A stretch of DNA of 64,000 nucleotides, from positions 1,798,001-1,862,000 of the forward strand of contig CM035353.1 of the NCBI GenBank assembly GCA_020137815.1. Reading direction: 5' to 3'. Of this stretch, positions 25,760 through 37,948 are shown one piece after another. A program made the position numbers and the translations under genes. This DNA comes from Hormiphora californensis. Taxonomy: Eukaryota > Animalia > Ctenophora. The notes beneath the pieces are model-generated. The model was given only the letters and a program-made list of their open reading frames with translations. It made no database searches and was not told the origin of the DNA. How positions within the stretch are numbered: position 1 is the stretch's first letter; every line of letters begins with the position of its first letter.

Positions 25760-27640
25760 CTGTCTTCTATCTTTAGATCTCTCATCTTCTTGTCTAAAAC
25801 CAAGCCCGGAGTTTTTCTTTTTTCCTATCTTCTCTTCTAGTTTAGTTTTTCTCTCTCTCTCTCTCTCTTCTCTTCTAACCCCCCTCTCTCTTCCTCTCTC
25901 TCTTTTCTCTTCTTCTTGGGTTTTCCATTCAGTGCGTTACGCCAAATTTCTTTGTGTCGTGCTCACCTTTTGTGTTTCTTGGAGTTTCGCCTTGTTTCCT
26001 TTTTTGAAATTTGGGAACCCCCTTTTTTTGGTTTTCACTCCGGTAAAACAATTTTTTGTAATGTAAAATTTCCAATTATTGCCATTGCCCCCCCCCCTCC
26101 CCCCCTAATGGGGCTTCGCTTACTTCAAAAGGTCCCCCATGGAATTTTTCCCCCCCCCAAATTTAAAATTTTTAAAGGGTTCTCCCGGTTTCCCCCTTTT
26201 TTAAAAACAACCCAAAAGGGGGGAAAAAACTTTGGGCCCTAATTTTCCCACCAACCCTTTTGGGGCCGGGGGGCCCTTTTGGGCCTTTTCCCTTTTTTTT
26301 CCCATGTATCCTTTGGGGCCGGGGGGTTTTTTCTTTTTAAAAGTTCTAAATTCCCCTAAATTAAAAAACCCCAAATTGTTTTGGTAAATTTTGGGAAAAT
26401 TTTTTAAAAATTTCAATTTCCCCCCCAAACCCCAAAGCCCCGCGACCCCTTTCCCTCTAGGGGAAAAAGAAAAAGGGTTTGGGGATTCCCCTTTCCCCCC
26501 CCAGCCGTTTTGGGGGGGGGTTTTTTTTTTTTCCCCTCCTTTTTTCTCTCTCTCCCCCCCCCGGGGGGGCCCCAAAATGGGTTTCTTTCCCATTCCTTAA
26601 ACGAAATTTAAAATTGAAATCTTTTCCCCTTTCGGGATTTTTTTGGGTTTGGGAAAAAATTGGGGTTTGCCAATTTTTTAAAATTTTGGGGGGGCCCCCA
26701 AAAAAAAAACCCAATTTTAAAAAGGTTTAAATCTTTTTTTTTTTTTTACAGGGGTTTTTTGAGGGGGGCCAGATCATTCCCCGCCAAAAGGGGGGAAAAT
26801 CATTTAAACCCTTTGGGTTTTTTTCACACTGACCACTTTTCCTTACCCCCTTTTTTAAACCTGGGAATAAAAAATTTTAAAAACCCCCTTTTTTCCCAAA
26901 ATCTAAAAACTAGTAGTTTCGTAAAAATTATTAAAAATAAAAAGGGGGGGGGAAAAAAAGGGTTTTTTTGGGACGGGGGGCCCCCTTTGAGGTTTACCCT
27001 TTTCACAAAAAATTTTTTGGGGGTTTACGGGGGAACCCCTTTGTTTTAAAGAAAAAAAAAATTTTTCCTGAAAAGGGGGGCCCCCAAAGGTTTGGAAACC
27101 CCCGGGCCACAAAAAAAAAAAAAGGGAAAAAAAAATCCCCGGGGAAGGGGAAAAACCCCAAAAAAGCCCCGGGGTTTTTTTTTTAAAACCCCCCCCCGGG
27201 TTTTTTTTGTAAAAGGAAAAGGGAATTTTTGGGGTTTTGGGGGGTTTTTTCTTTAGAAAAAATTATTCCCGCCTTTTTCCGGGTAAAAAAACCCCCCCCT
27301 TTTTTAAAAAAAGGGATTTAAAAGGTTTCCTTTTAAAAAGGGAAAAAATTTTTTTTTCAAAGGGGGGGGGGGGCCTTTCCCCCCCTTTAAAAGGGGGGGG
27401 GGTTTTGAAAAACCCCCCAAAAATTTCGTTTCCCCCTTTGGGGCCCCCCGGGGGGTTTTTTTTTTCCCCACAAAAGGGGGGCCCCCAAAAACTTTAAAAA
27501 AGGAAAAATTTTTTTGGGGGGGCCAAAAACCCCCTGGGGGGGGAAAAAAAAAGGGGGGGGGGGGAAAAAGGGGGGGGCCCCGGGGGGGAAAAAACTTTTT
27601 TTATTTTAGTTTTTCAAAAAAACTGGGGGCCAAATCCCGG
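25760..27640. other. Very low-quality homopolymer-rich sequence (unpolished read)
   Basis: Almost only A/T/G/C runs. The ORFs here are F/K/P/G-rich artefacts. Confidence 0.9.
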
Positions 27641-28380
27641 GTTCTCAGTACGATAGTTAGGTGGCCGTTGTTTTTTTTCTACTTTTTTGTGCATATAAGG
27701 ATTATTCGGCAGGTTTATTTCAAGTATGTTAACCGTTCAGATCATCCTTCGTCAAAGTTCACTGCTGTTTATATCGGATCAACATGAAATTATTATAATT
27801 GCATGTTGTACTGTACAATTGATGGTCATTCACTCACTCATGCTTTCAAAGAATAAAATTAATTTCAAAGTCCTCTTAATTACACGGGGCCGCATATATA
27901 ACATCTTTGTCATAGTTGAACATTCCCGAGGCCACATTGAGATATATGTATACAGTCGGACCCCTATTTACCGGGATCCTCGGTGGAAAGGGATTTGCAC
28001 GGTAAATCGGGGTGCCCGGTAAATTGAAGTCCGAGTATATATTGTTATCACACGCACCCGTGTGTGACCGTGGTGTTGCATTGTATCCACTGGTAGAAGA
28101 GAATGTAATGTGGCCTAGGGTTTATGAAGCGCATTATAATCAGTAGAAGGAAGAAGGTATTCCGGCGACCTCTGTAATTAATTACAGAGGTAATTAGTTA
28201 CAAAGGACACCGGAATCCTTCTTAAGAAGGATCTTAAGAAGGATTCCTTCTAACCTATCCAGGTATCCAAGATATTTCGTTTTGTTGAGTAATTGCAGGG
28301 GGGGGGGGCCTCTCTCACCCCTTACTCAACAACTTAGCTTACCTTCTTCAGATAAAACATCTCTAGAAATTATTCATGTA

Positions 28381-28555
28381 CAGTCGGACCCCGATTTAGG
28401 GACACCCTCGGGGGAAAGGCTCTTGTCCACTAAATCGGGGTGTCCACTAAATCGGGTTCAAATAAGGTTAATTTCCTATATCGGGGAAAAAAATCCTGTC
28501 CCTAAATCGGGGTGCCACTAAATCGGGGGGGGGGGCCTAAATCGGGGTCCGACTG
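28381..28555. mobile_element. pogo/Tigger-type MITE family CAGTCGGACCCCGATTTA (also ~21146-21315, partial ~27953-28030, 37040-37891, 48551-48702)
   Basis: TIR CAGTCGGACCCCGATTTA...TAAATCGGGGTCCGACTG, TA TSDs, internal repeats of TAAATCGGGG. Confidence 0.88.
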
Positions 28556-28559
28556 TATA

Positions 28560-28770
28560 TATATAATATACATAATATATATACAAATATATATTGTGAA
28601 ATATACATAATCAAACATATGGGCAAACATAAACAGTCAGGATAATTAGTTTTATGAAATCATGCTTCATGAAACTAATTATCCTGACTGTTTATGTTAG
28701 CCCATATGTTTGATTATGTATATCTCACATATATATTATATATATTATGTATATATATATATATATATTT
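28560..28770. repeat. AT-rich long inverted repeat
   Basis: ATATACATAATCAAACATATGGGC..AAACAGTCAGGATAATTAGTTT and its reverse complement at ~28670-28725, flanked by (TA)-rich arms. Confidence 0.85.
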
Positions 28771-29911
28771 ATATTATATTCAGAGTTTTCTAGATGCTAT
28801 AACATGGCACTGCATACATACATAATATAACACAGTGCTGCTCCTCCTCCCGCTTAACACACAAGAGCTAGGAGGGGGAGGGGCATAGCATTAGTTGCAT
28901 TTAAATCATTATCCTCCCCTGCTGCTAGTCGCGTATCATATTACTCGAGGTGGGGGGTGCAGGTTCTTGATAATGCAGTTTTGTGTTTAGTTGTTTGTGT
29001 TGTGAGGTGGGACCCGCAGGATATGTGGCAGAATATGAATAGCAGCAATCTACATTATTTAGTCAAGTACTATAAATATACTATTAAGTACTATAAATAT
29101 ACAACAGCTGAATAGTTTTAGACACCATCCCTGAATATATTTGACTACAGCTGGTGCACGTCTTAAGCATGTGGGACTGAATCTGATATGATAAACCCAG
29201 TACCCACCCGGCTCCGCCACGTGTTGCCCTCTCATTCATCCCTAAACGCCATGGCTATTAAATTATAACAGTTCTTTTAGTTTTTATATATAGCTCTTTT
29301 AGTTAGCCGAACAGATACATGCTGTGTTTCCATATTCAGTTCTACATGTTTACAGTACTAGACTGTGCTGCAGTTTACCTCATATATATTGTCAGATGGT
29401 ATAACACCACAGCTCAACTCAATTACCACACATCGAGTGTTACAGTGTATTTATATACGTATAGATATATCTTGTTTGTTTAAGCTGCTGCAGCCCATCA
29501 TGGCGCCCGTATGATTGTGATTTATCACTGCAGCTAATCTTGTTATGTTAATCTGTTGACACACTAAGTAATAGCTTAATGTGACATGATATTGACCCAA
29601 TTTAGCTGACATTGATGGTCACATAGGAGTTTACTTTTGTCACTCTATGATGTGACACATCGGCAGTTGTAATATACATTATACCTTCTAAAATAGTCCT
29701 ATTAGATTACGTTTTACTTTTGCTTATTGCATCTATATCTTTTTTTCTATGCAGCTGTATACTAACTGAAAAGTTTTAGCGCTTTATCACCACATCCAAT
29801 TTACTTAACTATGATTTATTAGTATCTGTCTAGTATAATAGGACTTATAGGCGGGAGCGGTATATTTTAAGTTTTATTTCCACATGACAAATTATATAGT
29901 ACAAACATATT

Positions 29912-30105
29912 GGGGGAAAACAGTCGTGCCTGAACCTCAGGTCAAGTGTACGGCTATTTTCCACTGAGACCTGAGATCTCAGGTTTCAGTGACGGCTATT
30001 CCCAGAAATTTAAGGCAACAGCCGTCACTGAAACCTGAGATCTCACGTCTCAGTGAAAAACAGCCGTGCACTTGACCTGAGGTTCAGGCACGACTGTTTT
30101 CCCCC
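29912..30105. mobile_element. PIF/Harbinger-type palindromic MITE family GGGGGAAAACAGTCGTGCCTGAACCTCAGG (also 33551-33744, ~38139-38245, ~20523-20650, ~13240-13432, ~24513-24630, ~30465-30761, ~53603-53730, ~4140-4195)
   Basis: GGGGG..CCCCC termini, 3-bp ATT TSD at both 29912-30105 and 33551-33744, internal CTGAGATCTCAG palindromes. Confidence 0.85.
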
Positions 30106-30361
30106 ATTGTATACAGTTTATATAACAGTGCATGTATATAATGCAGTATGTATAACATGGATATATGTACCCTCTCTTTTTTAATTAACCAGCCTTATTT
30201 TATTTAATTATTACCCCGTCCATATAATGAGAACATCCATTGACCCCCCCCCCCCCACGAGTTTTTTTATAATCTCTCTGTCCACTCTCTCTCTCCACTC
30301 CCTGCAGTACTATAATTTCTCTCTCCACTCCCCACAGCATCCCTCATGTGATTATACCGGT

Positions 30362-30982
30362 ATGAGTGGCCGGGATTACCTAACTCGGAAACCACCGGTC
30401 CCTGCTAAAGAAGCCTTCAAAATGTACTTGAGTAAGGACCCACTATATTTTAAGATAACACGTGACTGAACCTCAGGTTCAGGTCACGGCTATTTACCCC
30501 TGAAACCCTGGCGCCGCAGACCCCAGATCTGAGCGCACTGTTAATTTGAGAATCAAATCGGGGTCTGGCGCCGCCAGACAGCTGATACCTGAGATCTCAA
30601 GGCTATTCTTTGCTATTCCCATAAACATTTCCCTGAAATGTCAGGAAATAGCCATTTGATTCTCTTTCTCTCGACAGTGCGCTCAGATGGGGTCGCGGCG
30701 CCAGACAGGTGGTAAATAGACGAGATCTGAACCTGAGTTTCAGGCACGACTGTTTTCTCCCATATGTATTATATTGTGATGATTAATGATTTTCTGTTTG
30801 ATAATATGTTGTGAGTTTATAATTATTAATTAATTAAATATGTTATTACATATATGTTAAACAAACAAACTCATCCCATCTTTCTTTACAGAGCCGGACG
30901 GGCTGATAGACGTGGATGCCATGCCCCCCAAACAGCGATCCCAATTCCTTACCTATATCACATTCTCTCAGATCGAACGTAG
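30362..30982 (+). CDS. Possible small gene fragment of unknown function (two phase-compatible exons)
   Basis: Exon 30338-30431 (acceptor CCCCACAG, donor GTAAGG) and exon 30892-30982 (TTTCTTTACAG, GTATTT) join in frame as MSGRDYLTRKPPVPAKEAFKMYLKPDGLIDVDAMPPKQRSQFLTYITFSQIER. Downstream exons not found. Confidence 0.45.
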
Positions 30983-32471
30983 GTATTTAAACATAAGGTA
31001 CTTATATTGTTATTGAGTTAGGATTTTTAGGATTCAAGGAATTACTTATACGTAATTTAAAATAATGAAATAATTAAACTTAATAAGTAAAATAATTGAT
31101 ATAATCATACATTCACATACCTACACTTTTTACATAACCTTTTTTGGAAATTTTGTACAGCAAGGACTTGTGTCAGTTTAGCGCACGAAAATCTTACGAA
31201 AATCTTACTCTCATGCATGTGAAGCTAAGAGAAGTAGGGGAGGGAAGAGAGATAAAAAGGGAGAGAGAGAGATACAGAGAGAGAGAGATAAGAAAGAGGG
31301 GGATAAGGGTCGGCATGTACGTTATTTGATTAGCAGCGTAGTGTGATATCATATGCAATTACATGGTCCGGGCTAGGTATGTAACCAACCAACTCACAGT
31401 TTATCTCTACACGTGCGTTATAGCTGTATTATACCACCCTGTGTCTATCCTATCGATTCAGCTACACAATTGTTAAATTTTAAATTGTGCGTCTAGTTAT
31501 AGATTAAGTTGAAATCTGTTGAAACGATTTCATATATTTATGGAGAGTTTAAATTATATATAATTGGTATCTCCATTGTAACAAACCATGAAACAATTGT
31601 GTATACCGTTAAAACCACCATTGTTTTTAATTTGTAAAGTATAACTTTTATACTACATTAAAGTATGAAGTACGACATTTGGGGAAACAATCCTGCCTGA
31701 ATTCCTAGAAGGTTTTTATGTAGAAAAAAATATCTGTCATCGCACTACAAAGAAGCTTTGCTGCCTAACATACGATAATTTATATATAAGCTCGTGCCTG
31801 TTTTCTGTTTTACTCTTCCCCCTCCTCTTTTTATTTTCTAACTAGACATGTACTCTATATATTGACCAAGTTCCTATATTATCAGCTTGCTATGTTCTAA
31901 CCCTCCCTTTACATTCGGGGGCGGGTCGCCCGAAACACAGTCTAGCTAGGCAATTATCAGCCTGCCCCTGCTTTCTTTTCTTGACACGAGGTTGTCTAAT
32001 GTCTCATGGTTTGAGTCGCAACTGATGGGTGTCTGACAATTCAAGATGTAAAGGGTTTTCCCTTAATAATTTGCGGCACTTTTTGATCCTCATCCCTGTC
32101 GTCACTTGAAACACTGCCATGCTGTCGTCAACTATAATTGTGTGTTGTATTGCAGCTTGCTCGACCCTGAATTTCTCCGTGTGGGATTCGTACAGTCTTG
32201 TTTTTGGCATTCTTCTGTGTGAATGTTTTTCTATATGCTTTATTTATGGAAATGAAACGTGTATATCAAAACATTTGTTGATTACCTGCTAAATCAAAAT
32301 GGAAAGCTGCCATTAAAACAACTCCTGCAGTTACTGCAGCTTTCTCCAAAACGCGTCAGTAGCAATTATAATTGTGTGCTGAAGCTTTAAATACACTGCA
32401 GCTAGTCGAGTAGTACGGGAATTTTATGCTGTTACAGCACTGCTGTATATACCTAATGTATATTAATACAA

Positions 32472-33061
32472 CTAGTAGGTCCGTTCGCCCTACGGGCGAA
32501 TTTCGGGGATATAGTAGCTGGATTAGGGAACGCTGAAATCACCTGCACCATCCGTTCCTAGCCTATCTCTCACTTTCTCCCTACCCATGTTGTTGTACGC
32601 TCTGGGCTTCCTGACAATGGCAAGGTGCGAATTTAAGAAATCAATGTCATGGAAGTGCAGTGCTGTTCCAGAAATTCATCACGTGAAAACTTGGCCGCTA
32701 TGTAGCCGATTCGGAGATTTCTATATTCGACTGGAGTAATCACCCTTGGGCGAAGTTGGGTAAAGCTATCCGTAGTTGTTGATTGACTCGCTTGAACACG
32801 TTGGCGTAATCTGTCATATTCTCTAGCCTGCTACCTGACAGCAGCAGTTCTCCTGGACCTAGACAAACGTTGCCGAATAGCGCTTGGGGTGGAAGAGCTA
32901 GACATCAGGACAGAAGTAAAAGAATGCACGTGCAGAATTGAATTTCCCCTTGGTACTCATTACCCAACTCCAGGTCCCTCTAATAATTGCACGTGCAAAA
33001 TGCCATATTTGGTAAAAAAACGGGACACGCGATTTCCCTATTTGCTTTAATAATAGTATGA
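32472..33061 (-). mobile_element. Non-autonomous Helitron (deletion derivative)
   Basis: On the minus strand: A|TCATACTATTATTAAAG ... hairpin TTCGCCC-GTA-GGGCGAA ... CTAG|T, i.e. inserted between A and T. The interior has a decayed Arg-rich frame (RQRLSRSRRT..REYDRLRQR) resembling RepHel N-termini. Confidence 0.82.
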
Positions 33062-33769
33062 TTTGCACACACAATATCACACACAATCACACTCCAATAT
33101 CCATTGAGTCGCTTGATACTATGTCCGAGCTGAACAATTCAAAATATCCATGTGTTATTAGCAGCTAGCAATCACAAACACACAAACACATACAATCACA
33201 CCCAGCACTCATGCAGCTCCATATGTGTGTACCTACCCCGATTAGCTGATTAGCCATGGTGCTGCATATATTGGAGTTTCTTCATAGTAATTGTATATTC
33301 AGCTAGCATAATTCCAGCACATATTATGATGTACGTGCACACTATGCTGAATGCTACAGTATATAATATTCAAAATATTTCTCCGACATCGTGTTGAAAT
33401 GAGGGATTCTCCAAACGTTATTTGTTGCATTTTATGAATACGCTATGCTTTGTCTTTTTAGTATATTGAGGTTCTATTTAATATTATAGTACATATATTA
33501 AGGTTCTATTTAATATTGTCCAAACAGCTTTGTGATGCGTCTCAGTGATTGGGGGAAAACAGTCGTGCCTCAACCTCAGGTTCAGGTCATGGCTATTTTC
33601 CACTGAGACCTGAGATCTCAGGTTTCAGTGACGGTTATTCCCTGAGATTTAAGGGAATAGCCGTCACTGAAACCTGAGATCTCAGGTCTCAGTGGAAAAT
33701 AGCCGTGGCCTGAATGTGAGGTTGAGGCACGGCTGTTTTCCCCCATTCTTTGGTTTGGTTTCAGTTTTT

Positions 33770-33812
33770 AGTTTCAAACTTTTCAACACTACTTTAAACA
33801 AATTAAATTGAG
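33770..33812 (+). other. Orphan copy of the ctenophore spliced-leader exon
   Basis: AGTTTCAAACTTTTCAACACTACTTTAAACAAATTAAATTGAG matches the Pleurobrachia-type SL exon as I recall it (one mismatch). No GT donor after the terminal GAG. Flanked by the direct repeat GTTTGGTTTCAGTTTTTAGTT. Confidence 0.8.
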
Positions 33813-33949
33813 TTTGGTTTCAGTTTTTAGTTCATAGTATCTAGGAGATAAGAGTACGATAGAATCAATAAGTTGCCTTGCTTGTATCATAAAGGTTAGA
33901 ACAGTCGTGCCTGAATCATGTCAGGTTTTTTACCCCAAAGGTACTAGAA

Positions 33950-34457
33950 TATTTTATTTTCTTTTTCTTTTTCCTTTTCTTCTTCTTTTCTCTTATCTCC
34001 TCTTCTCTCTTCTCTCTCTTCTTCTTTTCTTTTTTTCTTTTTTTTTTTTTTTCTCTTCTTATTCTTTCCCCCTTTCTATCTCTTTTCTTTTTTTTTCTCT
34101 TATAGATATTTTATCTCTTCTCTTCTCTTTTTTTTTTTTTTTTCTTTTTCCCCCTTCTTTTATTCTCTTTTTCTTCTTTTTTTACTCTTATAATATTTCA
34201 CTCTCTCCTCTCTTCTTTCTTCTTTCCTTTTTTTTCTTCTCTCTCTTCTCTCTCTCTCCTCTCTCCTCTCTCCTATCTCTCTCTCCTCTCTCTCTCCCTC
34301 TCTCTCTTCTCTTCTCTCTCTCTCTGCCCCTCTCTCTATCTCTCTCTCTCTCTTCTCTCTTCTTCTCTCTCTACTAGATATTCTCCCCCTTCTCTCTCTC
34401 TTCTCTCCTCTCTCTCTCTCTCTTCTCCTCTCTCTCTCCTCTCTCTATCTCTCTCTC

Positions 34458-34513
<56 letters not shown>

Positions 34514-34820
34514 TACATTTGTCTTTATCTCTAAAATCCCAATCTATGCAGCCACGATCACGACTGTTCGACCGATCTCTATCTCTCTATCTTTCTCATA
34601 GCTGCCAATTTCTCTATCTCTCTCAGACCTGCATTTCTATCTCTCTATCTTTCGCATACCTATCTTTCTATCTCTCTCTATCTTTCTCAGACCTATCTTT
34701 CTATATACTCTATCTTTCTCAGACCTATCTTTCTATCTCTCTATCTTTCTCAGACCTGTCTTTCTATCTCTCTATCTTTCTCATACCTGTCTTTCTATCT
34801 CTCTATCTTTCTCAGACCTA
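33950..34820. repeat. Error-rich CT tract followed by a ~28-bp minisatellite (TCTCTATCTTTCTCAGACCTATCTTTCTA)
   Basis: Read directly from the sequence. Confidence 0.9.
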
Positions 34821-36614
34821 TATCGAATCTCAGTAATCTGTAATTATATCTGGTGAGAAAATAGTTTCACATCCGCTGTGGGCTCGAGCCACCTATCGAT
34901 TTTTGTTTTGTTGTGAGATGAAATTCCTCTCATCTCATCATTAAGTTTTAAATCTAGAAATTATTCCAACTTTCGTTTTCGTGACTACCTTTATGATGAG
35001 ATGAAAAATATGTTATGAACTCGTCATCTGATCTCGTCATCTGCATCACCAGGTTTTAAATTATTGTTTTGGACGCAGCTACTATAATAATTAAAGCTAT
35101 ATTTTGTTGAATTTTAATGGAATGAGAATCCTCATCATCTACACTAAAATATGGATGAGATCGAGAATGTCATTGCAACGTATGTTTTTTGTTGCAATGT
35201 CTATGATCCTTGTTGTTTACGTCACACTGTTGTTTACGTCACTAGAAAGTCACTCAACCTTTTCTTTCTTACATTTTCAATGTAAATTATGTAACACTAT
35301 CAGCTGCAGTAAGATCGTATGACAAACTTGTGCGCTAATTATTGTTGATTTCATCAATGCCCCAGTTTAATTTTGCTTTGATTTAAACTTTGCACCGATT
35401 CTCTCTCCATTTCCAGTAACTTTGCTATAAATTCACACACAGTGTGTCACAGACCTACAAGATTGTGCTATTCTACTCAGCTCTTATAACAACACACGCC
35501 TACAAGTGCTATTCTACTCAGCTCATATATGATGCTACGTCAGAAGCTACCAAACAGGAAAAAACCAAAACCCGACTCAGTGAGCTGGTTCAGGAGACAC
35601 AGTGACAGTTATTGTACTCGTGACGAGCTGATGACACAAATAAGTGAGTACACACGATCTGCTGCAGCGTTCAATATATTATAGTTCCAATCTGATTTCT
35701 AGATAATAATAAAGAAGGGATAATAATATTTGGGGTATTGCATAAAATACGGATATGTAATAAATATTTTGTATATTATAAATTATATATAATATGTTAT
35801 TGGGAAGGGGTAAGATTTGAAACACGACTTTACGCCCGGTTCCGTCATATTATTTACTGTTAAGGGAGAGTGTCAGTGTAGTAACTCTCTCTCTCTCTCT
35901 CTCCCTTTTCTCTCCTTCTTCTTCTTCTCCTTTCTTCTCTCTCCTCCCTCTCCTCCCTTTCTTTCTCTTCTCCCCTCTCTCTCTCCTAAGTGTTTATAAA
36001 AAACAGGCTTCCTAGGGGAAACACGTTACATTCTGCAATGTGTGTATCGAAATAATATCTTCTCAGCTAATATTATGACACGACAAACTAACATGTCTGA
36101 CACGACAAACTAACATGTGTCTCTTGAATCACTGCAAGATCAGTTTAGTAACTACAACAAATTCTACACCACATACATATTATTAACGCTAGAGATAAAG
36201 ACTTAAAGCCGAAGGCTTCCATACTGTTGCCTTGGCGTAGATGAGAAAGGAAACATCCCCCACACAATTCGGACTTCGGTGCATTTCATATTTCCTCATA
36301 ATATAGTATTATAATGATCGATTTCTATCCTATTCCCATTTCCCGATTTTTTTAAGCACATGAACCAATTGTTGTACAAGCCCGAGCCTATACTTATAAC
36401 TTAAACAGTAACATCTATGTTTTTATTGCTCACAAAGGGAACTTGCCTCCTTTGCAAACTAGTTCTCGCTCCGGCGAAGACATAGCCTCCCGCGCCGCCT
36501 TGTGACAGCAAGAACCACTGCCGCGCGATATAAAGCACGTTTTTCCCATTCCCGTTCGTCGACGTCCCTGTTTTGGGAGACCTTTTTAGCTGACCTAGCA
36601 CTACTCAAATGTCA

Positions 36615-36980
36615 ATTACCGCCTCATTTCGCATCGTGATGAATCGGCGGGTATTTTCCCATGCTCACAAGGCCATGACGATTCACCCAGTACCCGCAGA
36701 TTGTCCCAGGACCGAGTAGGAGCTTGCAGCCAGGTCTTTAAAGAATTGTCCATGTTTAGAGTCAATTTTGACCCACTATTCCTCAAATGCTGATACTCGC
36801 GGGTATTTTCCGTAAAGCTAGAGACAATTATCTGCCAGGGGCAACAAACGAGATGCAAATCGGTTTAGTAGTTCCTTGCAGCCAGGTCTTTGAAAAAGTT
36901 TGCTCTAAAATCAATAACGGGCCGGAGGCCTAGATGTGAGATCGATCTCGGTCGCTGCGCGACCTCGATCTCACTCAGGC
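36615..36980. mobile_element. Dispersed repeat related to ~39040-39660, ending in a GAGATCGATCTCGGTCGC hairpin (motif also at ~39621, ~41881, ~45430)
   Basis: Shared blocks CGGGTATTTTCC, GTCAATTTTGACCCAC and GTGAG.TCGATCTCGGTCGC. Confidence 0.5.
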
Positions 36981-37948
36981 ATCAATGTGGCTAAGAAGGG
37001 AACTTGTCCCCTTCAAATATTTTTTGAAGTTTTTGTATACAGTCGGACCCCGATTTAACGGCCCCCGATTTAGCGGCACCCCGATTTAACGGCAGGATAA
37101 ATTTCCCCCAAAATTTTTTGAAATTTTTTTTTGAAATTTTTTTTGAAATTTTTTTTGAAAATTTTTTGAAAAACCACGTCCGAATCGTGTTTCGAATCGG
37201 TGCATCTTATTGCGTGTCTTGCCGGTAATTAGACGGTTCGAAACGAACAGATATGTGATCCCCATGAGGCCCATCGAATCGCAATTTTGACGCTTGTTAA
37301 ACTGGCATCATGGGGATCGCGTATCGGTTCGTTTCGAACCGTCTAATTAGCGACAGGACGTGCGATAAGATGCACTGATTCGAAACACGATTCGGACGTG
37401 GTTGATATACCTTTGAAAAATTTTCATAACTTTTTTGCAAAACTTTACAGAATGATTGTCAATGCTTTGATCGGTGCTCTCCATGAATTTTCAGAGAAAA
37501 ATATATTTTGAAATTCAAATTCTTCCTCACCCCGCTTAAAGTGCCCCGATTCAGCATGGTATCACGTATCGGTTCGTCTAATTAGCAGCAAGACATGCGA
37601 TAAGATGTACTGATTCGATAAACGATTCGGACGTGGCTGATATAGTACCTTAGAAAATTTTTATAACTTATTTTGAAATTATTTTGAAATTACTTTCTTT
37701 TTCTAATCAGAAATGATCATGTAATCAATACATGGACATTGCATTTAACACTTAGAGGTGTTTTAGTATAGCATTTTGGACAAAAATAGGGTTTTATGGG
37801 CTAGATATGCTCTACCCCGATTTAACGGACACCCCGATTTAACGGACAAAACCCTTTCCCCCGAGGGTGCCGTTAAATCGGGGTCCGACTGTACTTGATG
37901 GGTTCTCAGTAGTGTCTGTGGTCTGGAAACCCCCTACTACCCTAGTTC

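Noticed and set aside
25916-27497. Cluster of overlapping F/K/P/G-rich ORFs
   Set aside because: Homopolymer-dominated low-quality sequence with no protein motifs.
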